Shown: one piece after another, positions 24,271 to 36,500 of the stretch | Layout of the letters: each line of letters begins with the position of its first letter | How positions within the stretch are numbered: position 1 is the stretch's first letter | Source of the DNA: Botryllus schlosseri | Lineage: Eukaryota | Assembly: GCA_051294905.1 (NCBI GenBank) | Contig: CM119379.1 | Span: 25,172,001 to 25,236,000, forward strand | Length of the DNA stretch: 64,000 bases | Reading direction: 5' to 3' | Notes under the pieces: generated by a model | Databases searched by the model: none | Told to the model about the DNA's origin: nothing | Seen by the model: only the letters and a program-made list of their open reading frames with translations | Position numbers and translations under genes: made by a program

Positions 24271-24853
24271 TCCTGAAATCGATTTTGAGAAACCGGGGGC
24301 GAAAATAGCAAAGGGGGCGACTGGGGTGCGATGGGGGCAAAATGTTAGAACGTCCGGTTGTACAATTATGCATTTAATAATAAGTTATATATTCAAATAG
24401 ATTATTAAGCTGTAAACAGACGAATGAAAGGCTTAACCGAAACGTGCGCTTGGTACTACCTTCTACTCCAACTCTATTGAGTTGATACAAAAGTCTTTGT
24501 CAGCAGGAACAACAGTCATGCGTGAGCCCTAACCACTGGTTAATTCAATACATATCACTGGTGTATGCTGGTTAGTAACCAGCATACACCAGTGAGATGT
24601 ATTGAATTAGCACAGTCAAAAATGCGTGTCAAAACGGCATACTCTGCATGACGCTAAAAAAGGTCAACTCAACGGAAAAGACGAGGAAAACGGTTTTCGA
24701 GCACCTACCAAAACGGAAAAATTGCCATTTTAGTTTTTTAGTAAATTCGATCACCAACGATCAGAGTAAGGTGAATAATTTTCCCGATTGTATGTCCGAA
24801 AATTTGTGTCGAGAGCTGTGAGTCGAAAAAGATTGGGAACTAATGGCCTAGAC

Positions 24854-26421
24854 CAGCGGTCGGGAACCTATGGCTGGCGAGCCATATATGGCTCTTTTGG
24901 GTATAAGATATGGCTCTTTGCCAAATATTTATTTTTTTACTGAATTGTTCAATATTGAAGCAACTTGTTAGTAAATATTTATCACGACCAGAATAATTAT
25001 TCTCGTGACCGTATAAACATGTCTTTTTGAGTGGTAAAGACGATGCCGCCTTCAGGATTAGAGTATCGATAGTCATTCATGAACATCGATAGTAAATACC
25101 AAGAGTAATTGAAGGTTTCACAATTTCCGTTCACTCATCCTGGCGACAGGTGACGAACTGCCCCACTTGCCTGCCCTGTCCCCACGCCACTGATATATCA
25201 CACGTACATCTAACCAGACTTGGACAACTAGAAAATTTTCAGCTTTTTCAAATTAGATTAGAATTATAATTAGAGCTACACAGTTTTTTCCAAATTAGAT
25301 TAGAATTAGAATTAGAGCTACACAGTTTTTCCAAATTAGATTAGAATTAGAATTAGAGCAACAAATATTTTTCAAATTAGATTAGAATTAGAATTAGAGC
25401 TACACAGCTTTTTTCAAAATTAGATTAGAATTAGAATTACTGAATTCGCAAAAACTTGGGAACTGAATGAAATTGTGAACAAGAAATAAATACAGCAAAA
25501 ATCAAGTTCAGTTCATATCAAATCACAATGCGTTCCCATAAGCATCAGAACGTCTGTACACCAAGCTTGGCTCGTTTTGCACTGACCAGGGTTAACCAAG
25601 ACGCGGGCCACATGCGACCGGCGATCTGATGTGTGATTTTGGAAAAACGCGAAGTAAAGCATTTTGAAATGCTGTGATTGATTTCAGTTTCAAATTATTG
25701 TTGTTTTTTCAAAATATGCGATTCGCCTGTGTCCAACAACACTATTCCGCACTAGCAGAATCGGCTTCGGCGTTATTATTCGTCACAATTACTACTATGA
25801 TCGTACGTACGGTGTAAATGCGATGGCGGCTTGGCAGTTGGCACTAGATTTCCCTGCGCGAGAGGGATATTCTTGTTAACTAGCTGCAAAATGTCGCGGG
25901 CAATGAGGCATTTTCAGTAGAACAATAAATTAGATTAGAATTAGAATTAGAGCGTAGGACCATTTTACAAATTAGATTAGAATTAGAATTAGAGCATTGC
26001 ACCATTTCACAAATTAGATTAGAATTAGAATTAGAGCATTGCACCATTTCACAAACTAGATTATAATTAGATTACTGGCATTTCGCTCTAATTTAGTGAA
26101 ATTAGACAACTAGAATTATCTAGTTGTCCAAGTCTGCATCTAACATTGGGTATATACTGCTGTAGTGATCATGTTTGGCTTCACTCACGCATGTGATCAT
26201 AGGTTCCCGCATTTAGAAGGAGCATCACGACGAAGCTACGTTCTCGTAACTCAAGTTTCGCATGCTCGAATAATGTTACCAGCATGATTGATACGAGTTT
26301 TTACAGAGCAAATGAGGCGCACACGACGAATCCCATGTAGTGAGTTTGCAATAGTGCTAGCATGACGTCACAAATTTAAAATTGTGACGTAACTTCGGAC
26401 GAAAAAGGTTCCCGGCCCCTG
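24854..26421. mobile_element. hAT MITE family A, copy 2 (opposite orientation to 6448)
   Basis: TIR CAGCGGTCGGGAACC / GGTTCCCGGCCCCTG; perfect TSD GCCTAGAC. Confidence 0.9.
25215..26136. mobile_element. Full-length CAGACTTGGACAACTAGA MITE with AATTAG-rich tandem units, nested in family A copy 2
   Basis: 18-bp perfect TIR; perfect TSD CATCTAAC; tandem units of about 43 bp containing AAATTAGATTAGAATTAGAATTAGAG. Confidence 0.9.
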
Positions 26422-26629
26422 GCCTAGACGATGTACAGAAGAGGCATGCATGCATGAATGAAGAGTAATAGATGATAACATAATAATAGTCAATAATCGT
26501 GACTCGTGAGATTATATTTTCGTCAGATCAAGACACACACAATGTGCAATGCGATGAAGTGAACAGATAGGGGGATGCCGAACGGCCAGTTGCGCACTCT
26601 TAATCTGGTATCCAGCTCGGCCTAGTAGC

Positions 26630-28330
26630 CTACCCAGGGCCGTAACAGCACTTCGCCAGCCCCCCCCCAAAACTTTGGTCTCGGGCCCCCCATATGATGA
26701 TAAACCGAACGTCTGGGGGGCTTCGCCCCCCAGACCCCCCTCAGGCTGTATCCTGTACGCCGTTAGCCGCTGCTTATCATCTTACATGGAGCTCCGTTGA
26801 CTGAGTTCGCTTTTCTCGCCTAAACGCGCGAAGCGCGAAAAAATTCTGTAATTCGTGATTGAATCGGTAAATATGATCGGGAATTGCATACGTAGGGGAG
26901 ATGTGGTACCGATGGATCACTGGGACCGAAAATACTTTGAAAATTCTCTATGATAATTCCATGATTACCTCCGTGAACTTGTCTACAATTGCATGCTGGC
27001 AACATCTTTCCTCACATACAAAAAAATTCCACGTGCGCGAACTATGGGGTCTCTCACAGATGTTTTTGTTTTTGGGGGTGTAAAGTAAATTTAGATCGAC
27101 ATATACATTTTTCTTTGCAACCTTCAACACGAACAAACCAGCAATCATTTTTATTGTGAAGTCTGGGGCTTGTATCAGGCTATATAATGGCACTTATTAT
27201 TTTTTTCAGTACTTTCCTTGAGTGGAATTTTTTTCGATTCATGTACAAAATTAGTAGGGTGGGGAGGGGACCGATGATACAATAGCCAAATCAAGCAAAA
27301 TAAACAAGCATTCTAATCATGAAACAAATGAAACATGACTACATTCAGAAAATCTTTATGTAATAATTGCATATGATGTTTTATCGCTATAACGAGGTCT
27401 TTGAAAGTCACACTGTCGATTTTCGGGCAATATGTATGTACCCTCAAATTTATAAGTCCGAGCCTAAATCGAAACGTGATTTTATGACAGCATTTGAGTC
27501 AATATTTACTCTATTATTTGACAGTATCGACCGAAAATTCTTCTTTGGCTTGCTGTAGCTTAGATTATAATACTGAGCAAGAAAAGTTGTTACATCTGAG
27601 TTTTTTTAGGGTATATGTGTCATAGGTCCCCGGGTCGTGTGCCATTGGACCCACCGGGTGGGGACCGATGACACGTTCGAGCAACAAATTTTAAACGTAC
27701 ATAAATATTTTTTGAAAAGACCGATATTCATGTATATGCGCGCGATAGGTAGAGCTTGTATCAAAGTGCTGAGCCAGCAAAAGATCTGCTGTTTTCGGCT
27801 GAACATTTTGGGGCCAGCGATCATTTTCCAATTTTTGATCCATCGGTACCACATCTCCCCTATTGCTATCAATTTTTACCCTCTCTCTGCTCACCTAATC
27901 AGATTTACAGGTAGAGCTGAGTGAGGCGTGTTTGAATAGGTAGGACTAGGACCCCTCAATAATAATTAAACATCTTCGGGCGTATACCCATTGACAGGAA
28001 CGAAACAGCACTTCGTCAGGCCCCTAAAAAATCTTGGGTCTTGGGCTCCCATAGGGTGATAAACCGACCCCCAATGACGTTCGCTTCACCACGAAATTAG
28101 TCGTAGTGTTTAGTGAGCCAGCGCCAAGCGCGAAAATGTTCGATAATTCATGATAAAATCGGTCAATAAGATCGGGAATTGCATATATATTGCTATCAAT
28201 TTCTTGTCCTCTCTGCTCACGTAATCAGATTTACCGGCAGAGCTGAGTGAGGTGTCTTGGAAACTGTAGGGCCCGTTGCTATGACTCCGTAACATAATGT
28301 TATTTCGTGACCCCCTGTCTGCTATATCAA
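26630..28330. repeat. Rearranged non-autonomous DNA-element complex with internal direct and inverted duplications
   Basis: GGGGAGATGTGGTACCGATGGATCA (about 26895) is inverted at about 27837; TTGCTATCAAT...GAGCTGAGTGAGG is duplicated at about 27865 and 28190; no TIR/TSD pair resolved. Confidence 0.5.
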
Positions 28331-28399
28331 AAAATATAGAATCGCCCAAACGTAGGCTACTAAACTAAAAGACACACACGATTTCAAATTCGCATTTCT

Positions 28400-28650
28400 T
28401 CACTGGTATATAATTTCCCCTGCGGGGTGGTATTTGTCTTGTGAGGTTCGCATTGCCAAGACAGGAACATTCGGCGCCATTCATTTAGGCGAAGTTTTCG
28501 GTCAGCATAAGGGCGGTCCTTTTCGGCCAAGGTTTTCTCACTGCCGATCGTTCTAGCACATTTCTTGGAGTCGCTTGTTACATGGCCTAAAACTTTACAT
28601 ATCTTGGTACATCGTGGCGCGATAATGACCAACGCCGATATGCCCATTTC
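28400..28650 (-). pseudogene. Possible degenerate Gypsy integrase zinc-binding fragment
   Basis: Minus frame GNGHIG...TMYQDM*SF..C loosely resembles the GHxG...MYxDV H2C2 region; contains stops; weak. Confidence 0.25.
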
Positions 28651-29404
28651 CATAAATCTTGCTTATTTTTTTGGGGGGGGGTAAGACTTTAGTTTGGGAT
28701 ATAACCGTCGTCATGTGTATGATTTAAAATGCCACAAGGAGGCATAAAAAGGGATTGCAACAGTAACTACTTACTTGGGTGCATTTCAGATATTATACAT
28801 CCACATGAAGTGGTTTTTACATGCCGTGCTGGCAAATTTTTCCAGATAATGGAGAGAAAGAAATACCGCTAAAATATCCGTCAGGTAAGTTCACTGGTAT
28901 TCTATTCAGATTTTCATTCTCCATGGAAAGGAAGCATCAAAACAAACAGTAAACAGTATCCTCGGATAAATTCGTCAAGACCATTGATATCAAAAGTTGG
29001 TTGATTTAATAGTTTTACAGACTTATGAAAGTGTGGAGGATGTACTGGACAAGTCCATGATGCACTTTAATAGGATTTTTTAACATAGTTTTGTTCGCTA
29101 TGCCTTTTAGAAAAAGCAAGCCAAAATTTCTATTGAAGGAGGTATCTAAAGTAGGTAAAAATTAGCCTTTCTCCAAACAGTTTTTTTCCCTATGGGACGA
29201 GTGCTGCCTATTCCCATAGGGGTTCCTTCTGTCGCCAAGGAAACCAATGCAAAGGTTGGAACCTTGACGTGGTGTGTTGGCTTTTTACACTAATACCGAC
29301 CGGCAGCGTCTCTCAATACAAATCACTTGTAAATTAAATGATCTTCATTGAAAACTGAATAGACTCTTGAAGGTACAGAGCTCAAACATACAATAAAATC
29401 ATAT

Positions 29405-29450
29405 TGAAATATTTTCGGCTGACACTCATCGGGGATTATTGCTAGCAACA
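29405..29450 (-). ncRNA. Degenerate hammerhead-motif repeat (inverted partner of 29468)
   Basis: Minus strand CCCGATGAGTGTCAGCCGAAAATATTT; U4 is mutated. Confidence 0.5.
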
Positions 29451-29467
29451 ACAATTCTCTACTAGTT

Positions 29468-29512
29468 GCTGACGATCACGCCTGATGAGTGTCAGCTGAA
29501 AATATTCGGGTT
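29468..29512 (+). ncRNA. Minimal type I hammerhead ribozyme motif (best-preserved copy)
   Basis: ACGC-CTGATGA-G-TGTCAGC-T-GAAA-ATAT-TC-GGGT: all core nucleotides present, palindromic helix III (AATATT), helix I 3 of 4 bp, upstream GCTGAC complementary to loop II. Confidence 0.7.
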
Positions 29513-30104
29513 AATTTTAATTTAAATGAAGATCGTCCTGGACAGTTGAACAATCATCATCTGAACCACATGGAGTACTTTGTCTGTTTGAATATTTTCT
29601 GTTGTACCTTGTTTTCAGATCATATTTTCTGCAGACTGTGGATGCCGTAGAATCGTTCCATACTGAGAACAGATATACCAATGGTATCAAATTAGCATAT
29701 TCGTCAATGTTACTCAACAGCGTCATAAAAAAAATCGGTTACAAACTTACAACTTCACACTGTGGAGCTCTGTACACCAACACAAAGTCTCATTCCCAAC
29801 CTATACATTGGATACGCCAAATATCAAAAAGTAACAGACATTATCAATTGCATATATATATTCAAAAATTGCTGAAGAGTAGAAAATTTCAAATCACAAT
29901 TCTGAATCAGTTAGGCTGAACTTTTCTTGGATAGAGAAGTCAGTTAGGCTGAACTTTTCTTTGATAGAAAAGTTCAGCCTAAGTCAATAATCAGACTGCT
30001 TGAAAGAAAAATCCTGAAAAATAGTTTCATAGTAACATAATATGAATTGATCACCCATAATTCATTCAATTTATAATGTAGGCTACCTCAAGATTGGCAC
30101 AATT

Positions 30105-30690
30105 TCATCATCATCATCATCATTGATTTATTAGCAATGTTATCAGTTCAATACACCACAAAAAATGCGATACAATGAAAAGACAGGAAGATGTCGCAGC
30201 GACTAGGAGTAGTCTATGGAATCTGACACCCACCTTGGCCTAGCCGATGTCAAAGAGGAGGCATGCACACTGAATGGTCAAGAGGAGGCATGCACACTGA
30301 ATGAAAGTAAAGAAGATAGTATATAGAAAAAGAAAGCGACAAGGAATACGGCGGCATGTGATGGAAAGCGAGATCGATAGGTCAGTCGTGGTCCGGTAAT
30401 CTTGAGGATGGACTGTATTTATTTAGTAGTAATTGCTTGTATTTCGACTTCAATGTGGACATGCTTGTCGACTGTCGGATGGCCGGCGGGATACTGTTCC
30501 ACACATTAGGTCCGGCATATTTGATGAGCGATGATCTTTTTGGTCGATCATATGATATTTAGACGACGTTGACGCGCGTGTGTTGTAGGCCTACTTGTGC
30601 GCTTTTGATTCCGAGGTAAAGAAGTCATTGAAATATTCGGGGCAATGACCGCAGTGGAACTGATACATAAACCTGGCGATTTCTTCATCA
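30105..30690 (-). mobile_element. L2/CR1-type LINE 3' fragment
   Basis: Minus translation EEIARFMYQF..CPEYFNDFF..YNTRAS..; 3' UTR with (GAT)n tail; near-identical to 60224-61090. Confidence 0.85.
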
Positions 30691-31360
30691 TATACTCATT
30701 CTTCGATGAACAAGTTACCATTTCTCTTACTGAAGCTCCAGACGTCTGTATAAAATATAAGGGTATGTGTGAATCATGTTTAAAACTGCAATCACTCGAT
30801 ATATGATTACTTACCCCTGTATGATTTACTTAATTTTTGTTATGAGAGGACAACATCCTTGATTTCTATGTGTTAGAGTTTCTCTGGAAGTTGCTCCCGA
30901 ACTGCAGGTTATTTTTCTACCTCCTTCGGCAAATTCGAGTATCAGGTTCACTGGGACCATTAGGCAGCTAGGCAGCTTCTAATCGATAAGATATTCATGG
31001 ATAAGATATTCATGATGGTTTCTCTCATCTGCTTCCGGCACTAAATCAGGTCTACAAATCCTAAAGAATGATCCTTTTTGTTCTTTACTAGCCCGTTTAT
31101 TAGAGTAACTGCAGCCTTAAATCGCGCAATGAGTCGCCATATTCCGTACACTAACTGTTCAACTGCACCTGTTATGAGAACAGACCTGGCGAACAACTAA
31201 ATCGCGAGAAAATCGTCTAACAGCAGAATAAAATGCCATTCCACAAGCGCTGCAGCTGATATTATTTACCTTAGCGACGCGCGTTGTCCCTAATCACTCA
31301 AGCGTAGCCAGCCTAAACGGAGAACAATGGGTCGTCACTCCATCCTACATCCTCTATAGT

Positions 31361-31962
31361 GCTATCATAGTGTCCTATATGGTGTCGAGTGTCGACACAG
31401 GCAGATCTCACGCCTCAGTGAAATTGTATCACGTCACAATTGCCATTTGGCTACAGGCAATTTGACGGTCATTTTTACCGGCTTGCCGAGCAATAAATTT
31501 GGTAAAACGGGTATCAATCGAAAGCTGACTCTGCACTGATTACGAAAATATAAATTTTATTCCGCTCGTGGCCCTGGAACTCCCACAATCAGCCTCGAAT
31601 TTTTCATCGTTATGGAGATTGACATTGGGACGCAACAATGCTGTCTAGCTCTTTTTCTCTTGAGCTACTCTCTCGTTTCGCCAGACAGCATTGTTTCGTC
31701 CCAATGCCAATCTCCATAACAATGAAAAAGTCGAGGCTGATTGTGGGTGTTCCAGGGCCACGAGCGGAATAAAATTTATATTTTCGTAATCAGTGCAGAA
31801 GCAGCTTTCGATTGATACCTGTTTTAACAAATTTAATGCTCGGCAAGCCGGTCAAAAAGGACCGTCAAATTGCCTGTAGCCAAATGGAAATTGTGACGTG
31901 ATACAATTTCACTGAGGCGTGAGATTTGCCTGTGTCGACGCCATTCAGGACAATATGGTGCT
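31361..31962. mobile_element. Foldback MITE family J (arms about 280 bp)
   Basis: GTCGACACAGGCAGATCTCACGCCTCAGTGAAATTG... is mirrored by ...CAATTTCACTGAGGCGTGAGATTTGCCTGTGTCGAC; related copies at 58900-59265 and 59965-61420. Confidence 0.85.
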
Positions 31963-32070
31963 ATTCAAATATATTTCGATTGAATGTTATATTCAATATT
32001 TATATTTAAATGAACCCGAATACGCTGGTCACGTCATATTTTGTGATACTGTTGATGATATGCGACGATT

Positions 32071-32115
32071 GCTGACGATTACCCCCGACGAGTGTCAGCC
32101 GAAAATATTCAGATT
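32071..32115 (+). ncRNA. Hammerhead-motif repeat copy (U4 mutated)
   Basis: GCTGACGATTACCCCCGACGAGTGTCAGCCGAAAATATTC. Confidence 0.5.
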
Positions 32116-33552
32116 CATTTCTATATGAATGTTGAATATAGGCTACTACTATATGAAGTTCCGTACCTCCAAGAAGCTCTTCAAATATATTTCAGTTGAC
32201 AAATATAGCACCATCGTTCCTGAATTAGGTAATTGTCGAAGAACACTACCATTACATAGGTAATCCTGGATACCACCACCAGTGTGAGCTGGGTCAAACT
32301 GTTTTCTTCGTCCAATCAATCGAGTGTTGGACACATATTTTACACCCATGTTCACCAACACCTTTGCCTATTACGGCTCGCATTCCGATTTCCTCCGGAA
32401 GAACCCTTCATTGTAAGAATTTCTGTGCGCACTCCTTGCTACCCGACTCCAAGAAAATATATCGAGAGCAGCTGCGGCTCGACTCGAGTCATAGGCATTA
32501 CCCTAAAAGGGTTACCATATTTTGGAATCGGTAAAGAAGGACACTTTTATCAAATCATAAAAGTTAGTTTACCGTACTTAAAAACAGATGATTTCTGAAT
32601 ATTTACTGTAGATCTTGTAGTGTTGACTATTCAAAAAAAGTCTACACTTTGGCTCGACTCCCGAATTACCAGCTTTTTACGTTACTTTTGTGGTGTTGAC
32701 TGAAGAATAGGCATCACTCTGATTTGACTGCTGAGCGACCCACTCGAACGTCCGCATTACCTATTTCGCGTCGTTTATGCCGTGATTTAACCACCAAGCT
32801 TGACTGGTTCGGCGTGGTCTGGCATAGCCTGTATAAAATTACGCATATTCACCGCCCACACATTTAAATGACACTGAAAAAATTTGATAAGTATAGACTT
32901 AATACACTTGAAATATTTGGGTGACTTAAAACTTTGGAAATAAGATTGCAGTAACTTGATCCCGACACTGGTCTGCGATAAACCATTTGAAAATATGGTT
33001 GGCGGTACCATTAGCTGCATCCTCAAATACCATATCCTACTTCTGAGGAATGCTTGCGGAACAGCCATCCTTGACCACTTCCAGGTTCCATTTTTCAACG
33101 CCTCCCAACCATTATGGAATCTCAGTAGCATGAGCATAAGTCATCAAGCTAACGAAGAAATAAACAAATTTCATCATCTATCAGAAGAGCACGAATGACT
33201 CAACGCATAACTGTATTCAATGTAACTGTACATCCAGAAAGAATTGATCACATATGAAATAAAAATTTGGCCAACCTACTAAACGTCCTTTCCGACGCTT
33301 TCATTCAGAAACAATCACAGTTTTCATGAGTATGAAATGAACAATGAAGATCTGGATATAGCGTTGAAATCTCCAATCAAGATTCATGATGCACTTTCTC
33401 AAGCATCGATAAGCTTCAGGCTTCAGCGCTAGTCCCAATGTCTATGTTTCACTACTTTCATAAGTATTGCATGCAGAAAACACCAGCTAGTGACGACTAC
33501 ATAATCTGATTTGTACATGTATACATAACATAGAGTCTGCCTTGATGTGCTG

Positions 33553-36500
33553 TCACTGCAAATATGTCTTGATAGCCTTGTCAATTCGAACCCGGCAAAC
33601 AGGGCAATGCCGTATTGCTTCCGTGCAATTCCTACAACAACACATGTGCCCGCACGGCACAAACACCATGTCTGCCTGGTTTGCAAAACAGATTTTACAC
33701 ATTCTTTCCTCTTCGATTCTGTTGAGAGCTTCCTGCGAATATGAACATAAACTGGTCAGGTATAGCTCGCGATTTGAAACGGATTTGCGTGGCATTAGAA
33801 ACTTCCCATTATTTTATTCTGTATTTGATTCAATTAGTAGAGCTGGGCACAATGGTTCGAGTCGAGTAGTGAGAGAAATTTCTTTCGAATACTGAAATTA
33901 TGGACTCTAATATTTGGTGACATCTAGTTCATTAACGCTGTGGCACTTGGAATATACTGTTTGGACACAATTACGCATATGCTACATATCGAATGCCGCT
34001 TCTGATAGCTGTGGTCAAGTTGAATTGAAATTGACACAATTTTCGATCACATTATTCATAAGATGGATACAAAAAGCATTACCTGTAGGGATGCGGACGA
34101 CTCGGCTGGTTCTGTAGCAACTTGCTTCGTATGAGTGACTAAAAAACATCACACAATAAGCATGACAATAGCAAATGTACGTACACCAAGCTGGGCTTGT
34201 TTCGCACTATTCACATAGTATTTTTCAAAAATCCAGAAATTAGAGAATTAAAATTGCAACATAGTACCTTATCCTGAATTATATTAGAATTAGATTACCA
34301 GCATTCAGCCTAACTGGACTACCAGATAATTCTAAGTCTGTCATGAATGTAAATACATGAATTGAATATATACCGCTGTTCAGACTGCTTTCCGCAACCA
34401 TCGGTTCTGCGCCGTACATGTCGCGATCGTCATCCTCATCCATCATGGAGACATTGTACTTTCCTGACCCGGGGGAAGGCCCCAGCGACGACGGATGGGG
34501 GTTTGTGGACTCTGAGCTGTACACTGTTGTGTGTTGTTGATTAAAAATCGCCTAGCATGCTGACAGACTTCCTAATCCTATTCCTAAACAACTAGGGCCC
34601 GACCTTTGAAAGAAATATTGGTATTGGCCATTAGAGGTAAAAAAATATCGGCACAAAACGGTTGCTAGCAGTCGTTGAACTATAATTTCGATTGCTAGAC
34701 TGAAAATATTGATATATCTATTATAGGTTACTGGTGTCCATATAAGGGTTTTAACCAAGTCAAAAGGTTCCGGGTCACAAGTCAATCTCACTTTTATAGT
34801 TTTGACAAGAGTCAGGTCGAGTCATTTTCAATTCACCACCGAGTCAAGTCCGAGTCCTAGTCGGCAAGCAGAGAGTCGAGTCCAAGTTATAGTGTTATGA
34901 CTCGAGTCCGATTCCAAGTCAATGGGTTTGTTCAGTTTTGAGTACAATCCGGTTCAACCCACTTTTTTCAACTCGGCTCGCATTCATACTATCGTAGTTT
35001 TTCTCAGTCCTAACGGTTTCTGGCCCAATCTTGCAAGTATCAGGACTGATAGACAAAATACCAATCATGTGGTGACTTTACTATTCTTCGAAGTTAAAAT
35101 GAAATGTCCGTCTTGGCCGTCCTAGTCTCGAGTCATGCACGATGACTCGAGCACAAGTCGAGTCAATGCACAAATTGAATCGAGTCAAGTCACCAAAAAA
35201 TCGAGATTCGAGTCATTACAACCCTGGTTTTCACAGTGGAAAATATACTCAAAAGCATGATTTTCGTTGATAAATCAACTCCTAGTGGCACGGAGTGTAC
35301 AATTTGAGCACTCGAATTATTAGAGTCAATACTCGATTCAAATTCGAGTACTCGAATCAATGTGCTCAACACTACTAATACTATTCTACTTAGCCGCAAC
35401 GCTGACTGTTTTGACCCCCTCAGTGAACCACCAAATCATCAACTACAATTTTTCCCACTATGGAATGTTTACAATATAATATAATTCAAGAGAAAATATA
35501 TACTGACTTGATGGCACCGATGATACTGCCATGCTCGACGGGCCAGGCATTGCAGCCGCCTCGTTCAAGCGATTCTGTTCTTCTTCCTTTTCCTTCTCCA
35601 TTACCGCTTCCAGCAAAGCGGAGACGGAATCAAAAATATCAATCGATTCAGAATCAACCCCCCCGGCGTCTAATTTCTCTGTCAGCGCTTGACGTATCTG
35701 CAGAAATGTCGACACGGTGATATCACCGCAGCGGCGGTACCTACGGTTACATTCCAGCCTCACCAAATGTTCGGAAAAGCCCATCACCAAAATGTTTTTC
35801 ACGACGTCCGATTCCTTCAACGCTTTATCCACTTGTTCCTCTTTTTTTCTCATCTCCTCCTGAAAATAATCCACCAATCACATCAGACAATCTGTGCGAT
35901 ACATTGTTGACATACATTTTCCATTTCCTACCAGTCGCCGACGATTGCCCCTGACGAGTGTCAGCCAAAAATATTCATGTTTATTTCAATATCAATATAC
36001 TATTCAATTGTCTACGGAATTCTGTACCTCGAAGAGTTTTTTTCCGATATATTAACTGCATTAGTCTAATCTGGATTGATTTTCTCTTTTGTTTTTCCTA
36101 TTATAGAAAATTTTACTTCTCTTACCATACAGAACACTGTATTACGTGTATATTCATCAAAATATATGAGGATCATATATCACTCTATGGCTTTATGACG
36201 TTTGAACATTCGAACGACCATGTAGGCTCTGGTTTGACACAAAGATCGCCACAATCATATCGCAGGTACCAGTTTTGTGCCGCATATTTTTGACCGCTTC
36301 GGTAACGCAATAAAGCTATCGGACGCAAATTCAAAAATTTTGACGAGCCGGAGAAAAGAAAAATTCTGGGCATGCACAAGTTTGACGATCTTCCCAGAAG
36401 GAGCATAGATTTTTACTTACTGATTGCGACCGGCATGTCACTTTCGGTTTGCTTCTTTAGATTTTGGGACTTAAATTTTTAGTTAAGTAGAGCCTTTCAA

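Noticed and set aside
32787-33198. Overlapping 116-aa and 80-aa ORFs downstream of the IAP
   Set aside because: No recognisable motif; the position fits IAP 3' UTR or downstream sequence.
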